Assembly (NCBI GenBank): GCA_029555085.1
Contig: JAKPTO010000026.1
Coordinates: 32,001 to 96,000, forward strand
Length of the DNA: 64,000 bases
Direction of reading: 5' to 3'
Source of the DNA: a bacterium
GTDB lineage: Bacteria; Patescibacteriota; Patescibacteriia; UBA1558; S5-K13
The notes under the pieces are model-generated. The model saw only the letters and a program-made list of their open reading frames with translations. It did no database searches and was not told where the DNA came from. A program made the position numbers and the translations under genes. Below are positions 1 through 10,307 of the stretch, in pieces; the stretch's first letter is position 1, and the number at the start of each line of letters is the position of its first letter.

Positions 1-1540
1 TATTTCTCGTCATTTGAGATGGCTTTTTAATATCCATTACATCTAATATTGTTGGCGCTATGTCTCCTAAAATTCCATTTCCTCTTAATTTTTTGTTTTT
101 ATATTTTTTATTCACCAATATAAAAGGAACCGGATTTGTTGAATGCGATGTGTTTACTTCCCCAGTGTCTAAATCTATCATTTCTTCAATATTCCCATGA
201 TCAGCTGTTATAAACATTGTGACATCCATTCCCTTAAAAGACTCTTTCATATTGTTTAAACATTTATCCACGGCCTCAACAGCCCTAATTCCTGACTTTA
301 AAACACCGGTATGCGCAACCATATCAGGATTCGCAAAATTTACTGTAATAAAATCATATTTATCTGCCTTTGTATAATCTATCACCTTTTTTACTAATTG
401 AAAACAACTCATTTCTGGTTTTTGCGCATAAGAATCAACACTTGGAGATGGAATCATTTCTCTATGCTCGTTAGCTACGGGATCTTTATATCCTCCATTA
501 AAAAAATAAGTAACATGTGAAAATTTTTCACTTTCAGATATATACAATTGTCGTAAATTAGAAAGTTGCATTGGTAATGTTTGCTTCACATCTCTCGATG
601 GAAATGCAGTTAATATACTATCTAAATCTGGCCCAAAGTCTGTCATCGAAACAAATTTAATATTTTTCAAGTGCTCGCTTCTTTTAATTGAACATTTATT
701 TTTTTCACAAACATCGACCTGTACAAATAATTTTGTAAGTTGTCTTGCTCTATCAGATCTAAGATTAAAAAATATTATTGAATCATTGTCTTTTATTTGA
801 CCAACTGGCTTTCCATTTTTACAAATCACACTTGGCTTGATAAATTCATCTGTCTCTCCTCTATTATATGCCTGACTTATCGCTTCTTCCGCTGAATTAA
901 CTTTTATACCAACTCCATTTACAATGGCATCATAAGCCATTTCTGTTCTTTGCCATACTTTATTTCTATCCATTGCATAAAACCTACCCACAATTGTTGC
1001 AATAACCTCTCCATTTCTAAAACCAGATCTTAAATCTTTTAAAAATCTAATACTACTATATTGTGAGGAGTCGCGACCATCTGTAAATAAATGTAAAAAA
1101 ACCTTTTTTAGACCTCTTGATTCAACAAGTTTTAAAATTGCTTTTACATGCTCTGGATTAACATGTGGACTCTGATCTCCACTTAAAACACCCATTAAGT
1201 GAACATTAGATTTATTTTGCCTTGCGTGATTTAATGCTTCTAAAAAAGCTGGATTTCTAAAAAATGTCCCATTTTCAATAGCTTTTGTAATGAAAATATC
1301 ATCCTGCAAAACAATTCTTCCCGCGCCAATATTCATATGACCTGCCTCAGAGTTTCCGTCTTGATGCTTCGGCAAACCAACACTAACTCCATGAGCAGAT
1401 AATTGTGTATTTGGATAATTTTTAATAAAAAAATCATATGTAGGGGTTTTAGCAAGCGTCACAGCATTTCCAATTGATGGTTTTGCAATACCCCAACCAT
1501 CTAAAATTATTAAAATATATTTTTCCTTGCGAGTTTTCAT
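1..1540 (-). CDS. gpmI: 2,3-bisphosphoglycerate-independent phosphoglycerate mutase (runs off left edge; not in ORF track)
   Basis: Manual translation from ATG at 1540: MKTRKEKYILIILDGWG, GNSEAGHMNIGAGR, HLFTDGRD, GRFYAMDR, NFANPDMVAHTG, TADHGNIEEM; next to eno and pgk. Confidence 0.95.
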   Translation of the reverse strand, partial: MKTRKEKYILIILDGWGIAKPSIGNAVTLAKTPTYDFFIKNYPNTQLSAHGVSVGLPKHQDGNSEAGHMNIGAGRIVLQDDIFITKAIENGTFFRNPAFLEALNHARQNKSNVHLMGVLSGDQSPHVNPEHVKAILKLVESRGLKKVFLHLFTDGRDSSQYSSIRFLKDLRSGFRNGEVIATIVGRFYAMDRNKVWQRTEMAYDAIVNGVGIKVNSAEEAISQAYNRGETDEFIKPSVICKNGKPVGQIKDNDSIIFFNLRSDRARQLTKLFVQVDVCEKNKCSIKRSEHLKNIKFVSMTDFGPDLDSILTAFPSRDVKQTLPMQLSNLRQLYISESEKFSHVTYFFNGGYKDPVANEHREMIPSPSVDSYAQKPEMSCFQLVKKVIDYTKADKYDFITVNFANPDMVAHTGVLKSGIRAVEAVDKCLNNMKESFKGMDVTMFITADHGNIEEMIDLDTGEVNTSHSTNPVPFILVNKKYKNKKLRGNGILGDIAPTILDVMDIKKPSQMTRN

Positions 1541-1559
1541 TTTATTAAAATTTTTTAAA

Positions 1560-2816
1560 CTATATTAGTTCTTCTATTTCAAGTAATCTGTTATATTTAC
1601 AAATTCTCTCACCTCTTGAAATAGCTCCTGCTTTTATATATTCAGCGCCAACTCCAACTGATAAATCAGCTATAAAATCATCACATGTTTCACAACTTCT
1701 ATTTGCTATAATTATTTTATATGAATTTTCTTGAGCCATTTTGATACAATTTATCGTTTCGGAAACACTTCCTATTTGACTTGGTTTGATAGTAATAGAA
1801 TTCGCGCAATCTTTTTCTATTCCAATCTTTAATCTTTTTGTATTTGTGACAAATAAATTATCACCTATTAATTTTGCATCTTTATTTATTTTATTTAAAA
1901 TATTCTTAAATTGGGTCCAGCTTTCTAAATCATCAGAATCAAATGGGTCCTCAAAATAATCAATTTTATATTTATTAATCCAATCAGAATAATAATTTAT
2001 TAATTCAGTTTTAGATAATTCTAATTTATCTAATTTTATAGAATACTTATTTTTATGTTGATTAAAAAAATTTGAAGCATTAGAATCAATACCGAGTTTT
2101 ATCTTATCCTTATATCCAGATCTTTTTATAGCTTCTAATATGAATAACCACACCTCTTCTGTTTTTGAAAAACTTGGAGCATAAGCACCAACGCTACACA
2201 TTTTTGAATCTTTTCCATTTTCAGACAAAACATTTCCGAGTATATGAAATATTTCAGAACCAGCTCTTAATCTATCATTAAAATTATTAAAATCTTCTGG
2301 AATTACCCAAAATTCCTGAAAATCTAAAACAGAATCACAATGTCTTGCTCCGTTTATAACACTAATAATCGGAGTTGGCATACTAACTTTATTTGAAAAA
2401 TTATAATAACTATTTATAAAATTATACAATTGTTTATTTTCCGAAATAGCGCATAATTTATGTAAAGCTGTTGATACTGACAAAATTGTATTTGCTCCCA
2501 AATTTTCCTTATTTTCTGTTCCGTCAAACTCTATCATTTTCTTATCAAGTTCTATTGGATCGTCAATATTAAAATTTCTTAAAAGACTATTTATTTTCGT
2601 GTTGACATTATCAACCGCTTTTAAAACTCCCATTCCCTTGTATCTATTATTGTCTCTATCTCGAAGTTCGTGTGCTTCATTTTTCCCCACTACAACGCCA
2701 AAAGGCACTGAAGCAAAAGCATATTTATCATTATCTAAAAATACAGTAGTGCTAATTGTAGGCACGCCATAACTATCTAAAATTTCCCTAGCAAATATTT
2801 TTTCTATTTTTGGCAT
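1560..2816 (-). CDS. eno: enolase homologue (several catalytic residues substituted)
   Basis: AREILDS, ELRD, NLGANTILSVS, FQEF, EDPF, KPSQIG, ERICKYNRLLEIEE; lies in glycolytic cluster. Confidence 0.9.
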   Translation of the reverse strand: MPKIEKIFAREILDSYGVPTISTTVFLDNDKYAFASVPFGVVVGKNEAHELRDRDNNRYKGMGVLKAVDNVNTKINSLLRNFNIDDPIELDKKMIEFDGTENKENLGANTILSVSTALHKLCAISENKQLYNFINSYYNFSNKVSMPTPIISVINGARHCDSVLDFQEFWVIPEDFNNFNDRLRAGSEIFHILGNVLSENGKDSKMCSVGAYAPSFSKTEEVWLFILEAIKRSGYKDKIKLGIDSNASNFFNQHKNKYSIKLDKLELSKTELINYYSDWINKYKIDYFEDPFDSDDLESWTQFKNILNKINKDAKLIGDNLFVTNTKRLKIGIEKDCANSITIKPSQIGSVSETINCIKMAQENSYKIIIANRSCETCDDFIADLSVGVGAEYIKAGAISRGERICKYNRLLEIEELI

Positions 2817-2821
2817 ATTTG

Positions 2822-4003
2822 TTATTTTAATTTATTTTTTTCTAAATATGTAATTGCTGGCAATTTTTTACCTGATAAAAACTCTAGCATTGCTCCTCCA
2901 CCTGTAGATATAAAATCAAATGTATTTTTCATTTTTAACTCATTTAAAAGTCCAACTGTTTCTCCCCCACCTGAATATCTCAATGATTTAGATTTTTTAA
3001 TTTCCTTTATCATTGTTTCTGTAGCATGTCTATATTTTTTAATTTCAAAATATCCCATTGGTCCGTTCCATAAAATAAACTTAGCTCTCTTAATATAATC
3101 TGAATAAATTTTCATTGTTTTTGGACCTATATCTAAAATTATATCATCGTTCTGTAATTTTTGCATATCTTTAATTTCTGATCTCGATTTTTCATTAATA
3201 TTTTTTGAAACAACAACATCAATGGGAGCAATAATTTTTTTTGAGTCCATTTTTCTTGTCGCATCTATCAATTTCACTTCAAATATAGATTTTCCTATAT
3301 TTACACCCCTTGAATATAAAAAATTATTAGCGATTACTCCACCCAGCAAAACTCTATCAAATTTATTAATCAGTTTAGAAATAACTGGGAGTTTTGTATC
3401 TGCTTTTGCTCCCCCCATTATGAGTATAGCATTTTTAAATTTACTATTTAAAACTTTATTTAATTCTTTTATTTCATAGTCAAACCTAAATCCCATATAA
3501 CTTGGTAAATATTTTGTTATTGCGCACGCTGACATGTGTTCTCTATGCGCATTTGAAAAAGCATCATTTACATACAAATCAAATAACTTTGCTAAATCGC
3601 TCGCCATTTTATTATCATTTGTCATTTCTTCCTTATAAAATCTTATATTTTCCAATAGAATAACCTCTCCTTCTTTCATTTTTTCTATATCTTTTGAAAT
3701 ATCCTTTGGCATAGCACTGTCTAATTTTTTTACTTTTTTATTTAAATATTTTGACAAAACATTTGCCACTTTATCCATTTTGTATTTAGCATCATATTTT
3801 CCATCGGGTCGTCCTATATAGGAAATTATTACGGTTTTAGATTTTTTAGAAATTAAATATTTTATTGTTTTCAACGATGATTCTATTCTAAATGTATTTT
3901 CAGGATCAACTTGACCATTTTTTAAAAACGATAAATTTAAATCAAGCTTTAAAAGAACTTTTTTTGATTTTAAATTCACGATACTTTCTAATTTTTTATA
4001 CAT
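2822..4003 (-). CDS. pgk: phosphoglycerate kinase
   Basis: LLENIRF, YVNDAF..AHR, GGAK, WNGPMG, STGGGAMLEFL motifs. Confidence 0.93.
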   Translation of the reverse strand: MYKKLESIVNLKSKKVLLKLDLNLSFLKNGQVDPENTFRIESSLKTIKYLISKKSKTVIISYIGRPDGKYDAKYKMDKVANVLSKYLNKKVKKLDSAMPKDISKDIEKMKEGEVILLENIRFYKEEMTNDNKMASDLAKLFDLYVNDAFSNAHREHMSACAITKYLPSYMGFRFDYEIKELNKVLNSKFKNAILIMGGAKADTKLPVISKLINKFDRVLLGGVIANNFLYSRGVNIGKSIFEVKLIDATRKMDSKKIIAPIDVVVSKNINEKSRSEIKDMQKLQNDDIILDIGPKTMKIYSDYIKRAKFILWNGPMGYFEIKKYRHATETMIKEIKKSKSLRYSGGGETVGLLNELKMKNTFDFISTGGGAMLEFLSGKKLPAITYLEKNKLK

Positions 4004-4430
4004 ACTTTTCTTTTTTAATTATATTTAAAATATTTTCTGCTTCATCAGAGCTAACGAAAAAAGTAACACCATCTTTTAATTTAATTGAAAGACCGTCCCC
4101 TCTCTTCGCAATAAAAGCAAATTTTTTAACTCTTGAAATAATTCCTAATCCAAAAAAATTCCCCACTGAATTATCTATATAAACCGAATCAATATATTCT
4201 TTTTTTATAAGCCTTTTAAAAATACCAAAACCAAACTCCAGTCCCACGCTAGTAACTTTAAAAGTTAAATAAAAAAAATTAATTACAACAAAAATATCTA
4301 AAACCAATATAGCGAGCCACAAATAATTAAAATTGTTTTTTAAAAAAAACAAAGACACAATAAATACTAAAAAATATATAGATAAAAAAGCAATACTCAT
4401 TCTTTGTTTACTTTTATAAATTATATACAT
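3996..4430 (-). CDS. small membrane protein (two N-terminal TM segments), hypothetical
   Basis: Two hydrophobic helices followed by a soluble domain; overlaps pgk start. Confidence 0.7.
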   Translation of the reverse strand: MYIIYKSKQRMSIAFLSIYFLVFIVSLFFLKNNFNYLWLAILVLDIFVVINFFYLTFKVTSVGLEFGFGIFKRLIKKEYIDSVYIDNSVGNFFGLGIISRVKKFAFIAKRGDGLSIKLKDGVTFFVSSDEAENILNIIKKEKYV

Positions 4431-4431
4431 A

Positions 4432-7200
4432 TTATTTTAAATTGTTTGGAATTGTAAATTGGAAAACTGAACCCTTCCCAAGACCCTCACTTTCAACCCA
4501 AATTTTACCTCCATGAATTTCTACCATTTTTCTAGCTATATAAAGACCGAGTCCAGAGCCATCAGTATTAATCTTTGCGCTGTCATTTCCTCTGGAAAAT
4601 TTAGAAAACAATCTATCTATTTCTTCTTCGCTAAGACCTACTCCGGTATCTTTAATTTTCACAATTATATTTTTATCATCACAATTTAATTCAATATTCA
4701 CAGCACCTTTTGGAGTGTATTTAATAGAATTATCTATTAAATTTAAAAATACGTCTTTTATTTTATCTACATCTAATTTAATTTTTGTTTGATCTTGTTT
4801 CTTCCTTAAATCTTTAAATAACAATGTAATACCTTTTGATTCTGCATTTGGTTTCAAATTTTCAACAGATTCTTTTATAATTTCGGAAATTTCTACTTCT
4901 TGTAAGTCTAATTTCAATCTCCCGGATTCAATTCTTGAAACATTTAAAAACACATTAACAAGTTTTGACATTCTATCGCTCGCAAGAAATATATCTTTTA
5001 AAACTGAATTTTGCTTTGAAGAGAATTTTCCAAAGTCCCCCTCTAACATCATTGACAAATAACCTTTTATTCCAGTAAGCGGTGTTCTAAGTTGGTGAGA
5101 CGCAATTGACAAAAATTCTGATTTTGCTCGATCCAGTTGTTTTAAGTGTTCATTTGCGTCTTCAAGTTCTTCATTTTTTCCCCTTAATTCTTTATATAAA
5201 TTAATATTTTTTATAACAAGTCCTGTTTGATCTGTTAATGCCTTCATAATCTCAATGTCAATTTTTTTAAGTTTATCAATTGGCGCGTATGAGAAAAAAT
5301 CAATTGAACCGATTATTTTATTTTCAGAATACATTGGAACAGCTATAGCTGATTTAGCATTTAATTCTTTTTGCATTTTATCAGCTTGATCTTTTGTTAT
5401 TGCTGGTTTAAACACATCAAATACTGAACTACTTTTTTCTATATTACCAGAAGTCATTGCTTTTATAGCTAAATTATCTTTATTACTAAAGGATACACTA
5501 TATTCATGGGGTTTTTTTGGTAAAAATCCTACAACTTTTTTTATATCTTCATCAATTGTCATTGCTCCTATATACATAGCTTTTCCATCCTCGTCTATAA
5601 AATTAATTACACCAGCCACAAATCCCATTTCTTTTTTTATACTGGTTGCTATAAATGAAGCAACCTCTTGAAAGTCTAAACTTCTTGTAATAACATTGCT
5701 AATTTTTTGTAGCGCTGTTAAGTATTTATTTTTAGTTTCTAAATCTATATTTACTTGTCTCAAACTAAGAGTTGCTCGTTCAACTCTTTCTTGTAAATGA
5801 AGGTTAAGGTCTTGAATTTCATTATATAATTTTGCTTTTTCAAGTGCCATAGCAACTTGTGGTGTTAGAACTGATAATAAACCAATATCTTCTTCAGAAA
5901 AAGTATCTCCTGATAATTTCTTATCAATACAAAGCAATGCTGTTATTTGATTTTCAGAAACAATAGGAGCAATTAATCCTATTTTCATCTTATCTAATCT
6001 ATCTACAATGGATAATAATCTTTGTTTTTCAAGGTCATTTTTTTGTTCTCTTGCTAATCTATCTAACTCTTCCACAACTATAATTTGTTTTTTTTCTTGT
6101 AAATAATTTATTATCTCATCGTTTTTTGTAAAAAATATATCTCCTGATTCAAAACCCTTATACATTCCTGTTACAGTATTTTGATATAAAAAATTGACAT
6201 CTCTACATTTTATAGATTTTTCAAGCTCCTCGGACAAATCAATAAATAATTTTTTAAGTTCAATTTCTTTTGCTATTATAAATCCTAATTTTTTCAAAAC
6301 ATCCTGATAGTCAATTTTATCCTTAAAAAATATTTTATCAGTGATTCGCGCAAGAAAACGCTTTAATGGGTCGAATCCCAAAACTATAGCAAAAGAAACA
6401 AATACTGAAACAAATATTTTAGAAAAACCCTCTGCTTCAAAAAATTGACCAGTAATAAATGTTATTGATGTAAAAGCAAAAGTCACGATACCAACAAGAA
6501 GAAAATATAGAATGCTTTTTGAAACAACAACGCGTATGTCCATAAGACGATACCTAGCTATAGCGTAACCAATTCCCAATATATAAAACATTGTACAAAA
6601 AGATCCAAAAGGGTAGATATTTATTAATTGTGGAAAAAAATTAGTAACTCCGCCACCAAAACTAATTAATGCCGTTACTAAAACATATATTGCTTGTTGT
6701 TTTTTTAACCCACTTAATTTTTTATAATTCCTTAAAAGGATATATATCGATAAAAAAACTAAAACACTAAAAAATAATGGAAAAATCGGATAAATAATTC
6801 CTGGATCTATCCAATGTCTAAAACCAAATTTGGGAGAAATCCCCAATTTAAATAACTTTGTAAAACTTAACAAAGATAATACGCACCCGAATGATAAAAA
6901 AATCCTAAAAACGATTTTATTAACTCCTTTATAAATATCTAATAAAACCAGCACAAACAAAAAGAAAAAAATCGGTATATATATAGCACTAAAATCTAAA
7001 AGATACTGACAAAATAATGCAATATTATATTTTTCAAAAAAAACAACACCAAATAAACCAAAAGACCATACCGATGTTGAGAAACTAACACAGGACCAAG
7101 ACACATTCAAAAGAGATCTCTTGTTTTTTGAAATTACAAAAATACCAATAAATAAACCAAGTATAGATGTAATTAAAGACGATAATCCAAAAAATGACAT
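4432..7200 (-). CDS. membrane sensor histidine kinase (multi-TM N-terminus, two GAF-like domains, HisKA, HATPase)
   Basis: H-box FLSIASHQLRTPL, N-box NLIDNSIKYT, G1 DTGVG, G2 GSGLGL; hydrophobic N-terminal ~280 aa. Confidence 0.92.
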   Translation of the reverse strand: MSFFGLSSLITSILGLFIGIFVISKNKRSLLNVSWSCVSFSTSVWSFGLFGVVFFEKYNIALFCQYLLDFSAIYIPIFFFLFVLVLLDIYKGVNKIVFRIFLSFGCVLSLLSFTKLFKLGISPKFGFRHWIDPGIIYPIFPLFFSVLVFLSIYILLRNYKKLSGLKKQQAIYVLVTALISFGGGVTNFFPQLINIYPFGSFCTMFYILGIGYAIARYRLMDIRVVVSKSILYFLLVGIVTFAFTSITFITGQFFEAEGFSKIFVSVFVSFAIVLGFDPLKRFLARITDKIFFKDKIDYQDVLKKLGFIIAKEIELKKLFIDLSEELEKSIKCRDVNFLYQNTVTGMYKGFESGDIFFTKNDEIINYLQEKKQIIVVEELDRLAREQKNDLEKQRLLSIVDRLDKMKIGLIAPIVSENQITALLCIDKKLSGDTFSEEDIGLLSVLTPQVAMALEKAKLYNEIQDLNLHLQERVERATLSLRQVNIDLETKNKYLTALQKISNVITRSLDFQEVASFIATSIKKEMGFVAGVINFIDEDGKAMYIGAMTIDEDIKKVVGFLPKKPHEYSVSFSNKDNLAIKAMTSGNIEKSSSVFDVFKPAITKDQADKMQKELNAKSAIAVPMYSENKIIGSIDFFSYAPIDKLKKIDIEIMKALTDQTGLVIKNINLYKELRGKNEELEDANEHLKQLDRAKSEFLSIASHQLRTPLTGIKGYLSMMLEGDFGKFSSKQNSVLKDIFLASDRMSKLVNVFLNVSRIESGRLKLDLQEVEISEIIKESVENLKPNAESKGITLLFKDLRKKQDQTKIKLDVDKIKDVFLNLIDNSIKYTPKGAVNIELNCDDKNIIVKIKDTGVGLSEEEIDRLFSKFSRGNDSAKINTDGSGLGLYIARKMVEIHGGKIWVESEGLGKGSVFQFTIPNNLK

Positions 7201-7204
7201 ATTT

Positions 7205-7861
7205 TTAATTTAATAAAATTTTATTCAAATTTTTTTGACTAATAATTTTTTCCATATATTTATCTGGATTAACAATGAATGGATTTTCAACAATCGACAA
7301 CAAATGTAAATCTGATAAATGATCGCCATATGCATAGCTCCCACTTAAAGAAAGATTTTTTTCTTTTAAAAATTCAAGTACAGCTTGTTTTTTTTGAACC
7401 CCATAAATAACATTTCCTTCTATTGTTCCAGAATAAAATCCATTATTTTTTTGTAATTTTGTAGCTATGCAAAAATCCATTTCCAAAAAATCTGATATAA
7501 TTTTAACAAGTGGATAGATAGATGCTGAAAGTAGAATAGTTATTGCGCCCCTTTCTTTGTGATAATTCAGTATATCAAAAATTTTTTTATAAATTCTTTT
7601 CTTAATTTCGGAATTAAAAAAATCTGTCAATATTTTTTCTAAAGCCACCTCGCTCCAGCCATTAAAAAATTTAAAAACTTTTTCTCTTATTTTTATAACA
7701 TTTTGCACTAATCCTAATTTATAAAAAATAAACCAAATTAATACATAACTATAAAGAAAAAACCCTATTTTCTTGTTTTTAAAAAGGTATTTAATTAAAA
7801 ATTTTTGAGACTGTCCCTTTATAACAGTATCATCTAAATCAAAAAACACTACATAGCCCAT
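7205..7861 (-). CDS. HAD-IB family hydrolase (SerB-like)
   Basis: FFDLDDT motif I, LLSAS motif II, YGDHLSD motif IV. Confidence 0.88.
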   Translation of the reverse strand: MGYVVFFDLDDTVIKGQSQKFLIKYLFKNKKIGFFLYSYVLIWFIFYKLGLVQNVIKIREKVFKFFNGWSEVALEKILTDFFNSEIKKRIYKKIFDILNYHKERGAITILLSASIYPLVKIISDFLEMDFCIATKLQKNNGFYSGTIEGNVIYGVQKKQAVLEFLKEKNLSLSGSYAYGDHLSDLHLLSIVENPFIVNPDKYMEKIISQKNLNKILLN

Positions 7862-7868
7862 AAATTAT

Positions 7869-8453
7869 TTAAATTACTAAATTTAATATTTCACTCCTCA
7901 ATCTCTCAGTTAAATCATTTTCATCTAGATCGTTTAAAACAATTTTTTTTCCTATATTAATATCACATTTCTTTAACTTCGGATATTTATCAAATCTAGA
8001 CATTATTTCAAACGCCCCTTTTATACCAACTGGTATTATTGGAACATTTACATTTTTAGCAATTCTAACAGCGCCATTATAAAACTTTCCGAGTTTACCA
8101 TCACTAGATCTAGTGCCTTCAGGAAATATTCCAATTGCTCTACCTTGCTTTAAATATTCGATTGCTTTATTAAGTGATTCTGATTTATCCTTTGAATTTC
8201 TGTCAACTTTTATCTGCTTTGTAGATTTAACAAGCCAACTCCACTGCCATTTTTGAAAAAATACCTCCCCTGCTAAAAAATATATTCTTCTTGGGCAAAC
8301 AGCTATAAGAGTAAGAAAATCAAAATAGCTTGAATGATTTGCACATATTACAAATGGTCCTTTTTTGGGAATATTTTCAATTCCCTTAACACTTCTTACC
8401 CAAACCAACCTAATTAATGTTCCAATTGTATATTTTAAAATCCAGTAAATCAT
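7869..8453 (-). CDS. plsC: 1-acyl-sn-glycerol-3-phosphate acyltransferase family
   Basis: NHSSYFD (HX4D) and IFPEGTRS motifs. Confidence 0.88.
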   Translation of the reverse strand: MIYWILKYTIGTLIRLVWVRSVKGIENIPKKGPFVICANHSSYFDFLTLIAVCPRRIYFLAGEVFFQKWQWSWLVKSTKQIKVDRNSKDKSESLNKAIEYLKQGRAIGIFPEGTRSSDGKLGKFYNGAVRIAKNVNVPIIPVGIKGAFEIMSRFDKYPKLKKCDINIGKKIVLNDLDENDLTERLRSEILNLVI

Positions 8454-10211
8454 TTAATTATAAAAACTTCTTATTATTTTATTAAAATGCTCTATTATGG
8501 TTTCTCTTTTTATTTTTAAAGTTGGTGTAAGCTCATCATGTTTTTCATCAAATTGGCGTGACACAAGATAAAAATGAACAATCTGCTCGTACCTAGAAAA
8601 ACCTTTTAATAAATTATTAATCCTATCCCTATAAAAAATTTGTATTTTATCCAAATTTAAATAACTTTTTTCATTATCAACTGCTATATTATTCAAAGAG
8701 CAATATTTTTCTATTTCCTCAAAGTCCGGAACAATTAATGCTATTAGAAATTTTTCATTATTACCGATAACAATGGATTGATTTATATACTTATCATAAT
8801 TCAACACTAATTCAATATTTCCAGGCACAACATTTTTCCCAGTTGATAAAACTATTACTTCTTTTTTTCTTCCGATTATATTTAAAAACCCATCTTTATC
8901 CAAAAATCCCAAATCCCCAGTATAAAACCATCCGTCAGTATCTATTACTTTTTCAGTTGATTCTTTATCATTATAATATTCCTTCATTACAGAGCTACCG
9001 CGAACTAAAATTTCTTTATCATTGTTTATTTTTACTTCTAAATTTTCCAACACAAATCCAACTGTTCCAAGTTTGTATTCATTCGTTTTATTTACAGAAA
9101 TAATTGGCGAAGTTTCTGTGACCCCATATCCTTCTATTATTTTTATACCGACATCTTCAAAAAATCTAGCAATTCTTTTATCCAAACTTGATCCCCCTGA
9201 TATTGCTAATCTTAAATTCCCTCCAAATATATTTCTAATTTTTCTAAAAACAATCTTGTCTAAAATACCACATAAAATTAGTAAAAAAAAATTTATTTTT
9301 TTATTGTGTCTTTTAAGTGAGTTTAATTTGCTTTGATTTTTTATTGCAAAATAAAATAAATTATTTTTAAACTTTGAGTCACTTCTTAAATTATCATGAA
9401 TTTTATCAAAAATTTTCTCAAAAATTCTAGGCACAGAAATAATTACCGTTGGCTTAGCTAGTTTTATATCATCAATAAGTGTTTTTGGGCTTCTGCTATA
9501 ATATATTGAAACACCTGAAACTAACGGAAGAAATTGTCCCGCTACCCTCTCTAGTACATGTGACAGTGGTAAAAATGAAAAAAATATATCATTACTACAT
9601 GTAGGCGTGTATTTTAAAACATTTTCTATATTGCTCAATATATTATAATTAGTAAGTACGGCGCCTTTTGGCATGTCAGTTGTTCCAGATGTGTATATTA
9701 TTGTTGTAACAAGATTTTTATCGTTTATTGGTTCTATCTTTTTATTATTTTCAACTTTTAAAATATCATCAAAATATTTAACATTTTCTTTCTCAACTTT
9801 GTCAAAGGATATTATTTGTAAATCATCTATTAAATGCTCATCAATTCCATAAAAAACATTTAATAATTTGTCGTTTGATATAAAAATTATTTTGGGTTTT
9901 GTTTGTGAAATAATGTAGTCAATATATTTAGTTCCATAAGTTGTATGAATTGGAACTAAAATTAATCCCAAATAATTACAAGCTAAGTCAACAGTAGGCC
10001 ACTCCCATCTGTTTTCAGAAAAAATTACAACCTTATCTCCTTTTTGTAATTTATTCTCAACGAAATAAGAAACTAATTTTAGAATATTTTCATTTAAACT
10101 TTTATAACTAATTTTTCTATAATTACCATTTTCTATGTATGCTAAAGCAGTATTACTTGGATATGTAATAACATTTTTTTTAAAATTAAGATATATGGTA
10201 TTTTGATCCAT
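8454..10211 (-). CDS. long-chain fatty-acid--CoA ligase (AMP-binding); start reassigned to ATG 10211 (MDQNTIY)
   Basis: IIYTSGTTDMPKG, FLPLSHVLER, EGYGVTETSP, GWFYTGDLG, GRKKE, ELTPTLK. Confidence 0.92.
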   Translation of the reverse strand: MDQNTIYLNFKKNVITYPSNTALAYIENGNYRKISYKSLNENILKLVSYFVENKLQKGDKVVIFSENRWEWPTVDLACNYLGLILVPIHTTYGTKYIDYIISQTKPKIIFISNDKLLNVFYGIDEHLIDDLQIISFDKVEKENVKYFDDILKVENNKKIEPINDKNLVTTIIYTSGTTDMPKGAVLTNYNILSNIENVLKYTPTCSNDIFFSFLPLSHVLERVAGQFLPLVSGVSIYYSRSPKTLIDDIKLAKPTVIISVPRIFEKIFDKIHDNLRSDSKFKNNLFYFAIKNQSKLNSLKRHNKKINFFLLILCGILDKIVFRKIRNIFGGNLRLAISGGSSLDKRIARFFEDVGIKIIEGYGVTETSPIISVNKTNEYKLGTVGFVLENLEVKINNDKEILVRGSSVMKEYYNDKESTEKVIDTDGWFYTGDLGFLDKDGFLNIIGRKKEVIVLSTGKNVVPGNIELVLNYDKYINQSIVIGNNEKFLIALIVPDFEEIEKYCSLNNIAVDNEKSYLNLDKIQIFYRDRINNLLKGFSRYEQIVHFYLVSRQFDEKHDELTPTLKIKRETIIEHFNKIIRSFYN

Positions 10212-10307
10212 TAATTTAGGTGATTTATATTTTAATTGTACCATAATTGGCCTAAAATAAAAAGAAAAAAACGAAGTCAAAATAATGTCCCATTTTTATA
10301 AAAAATA

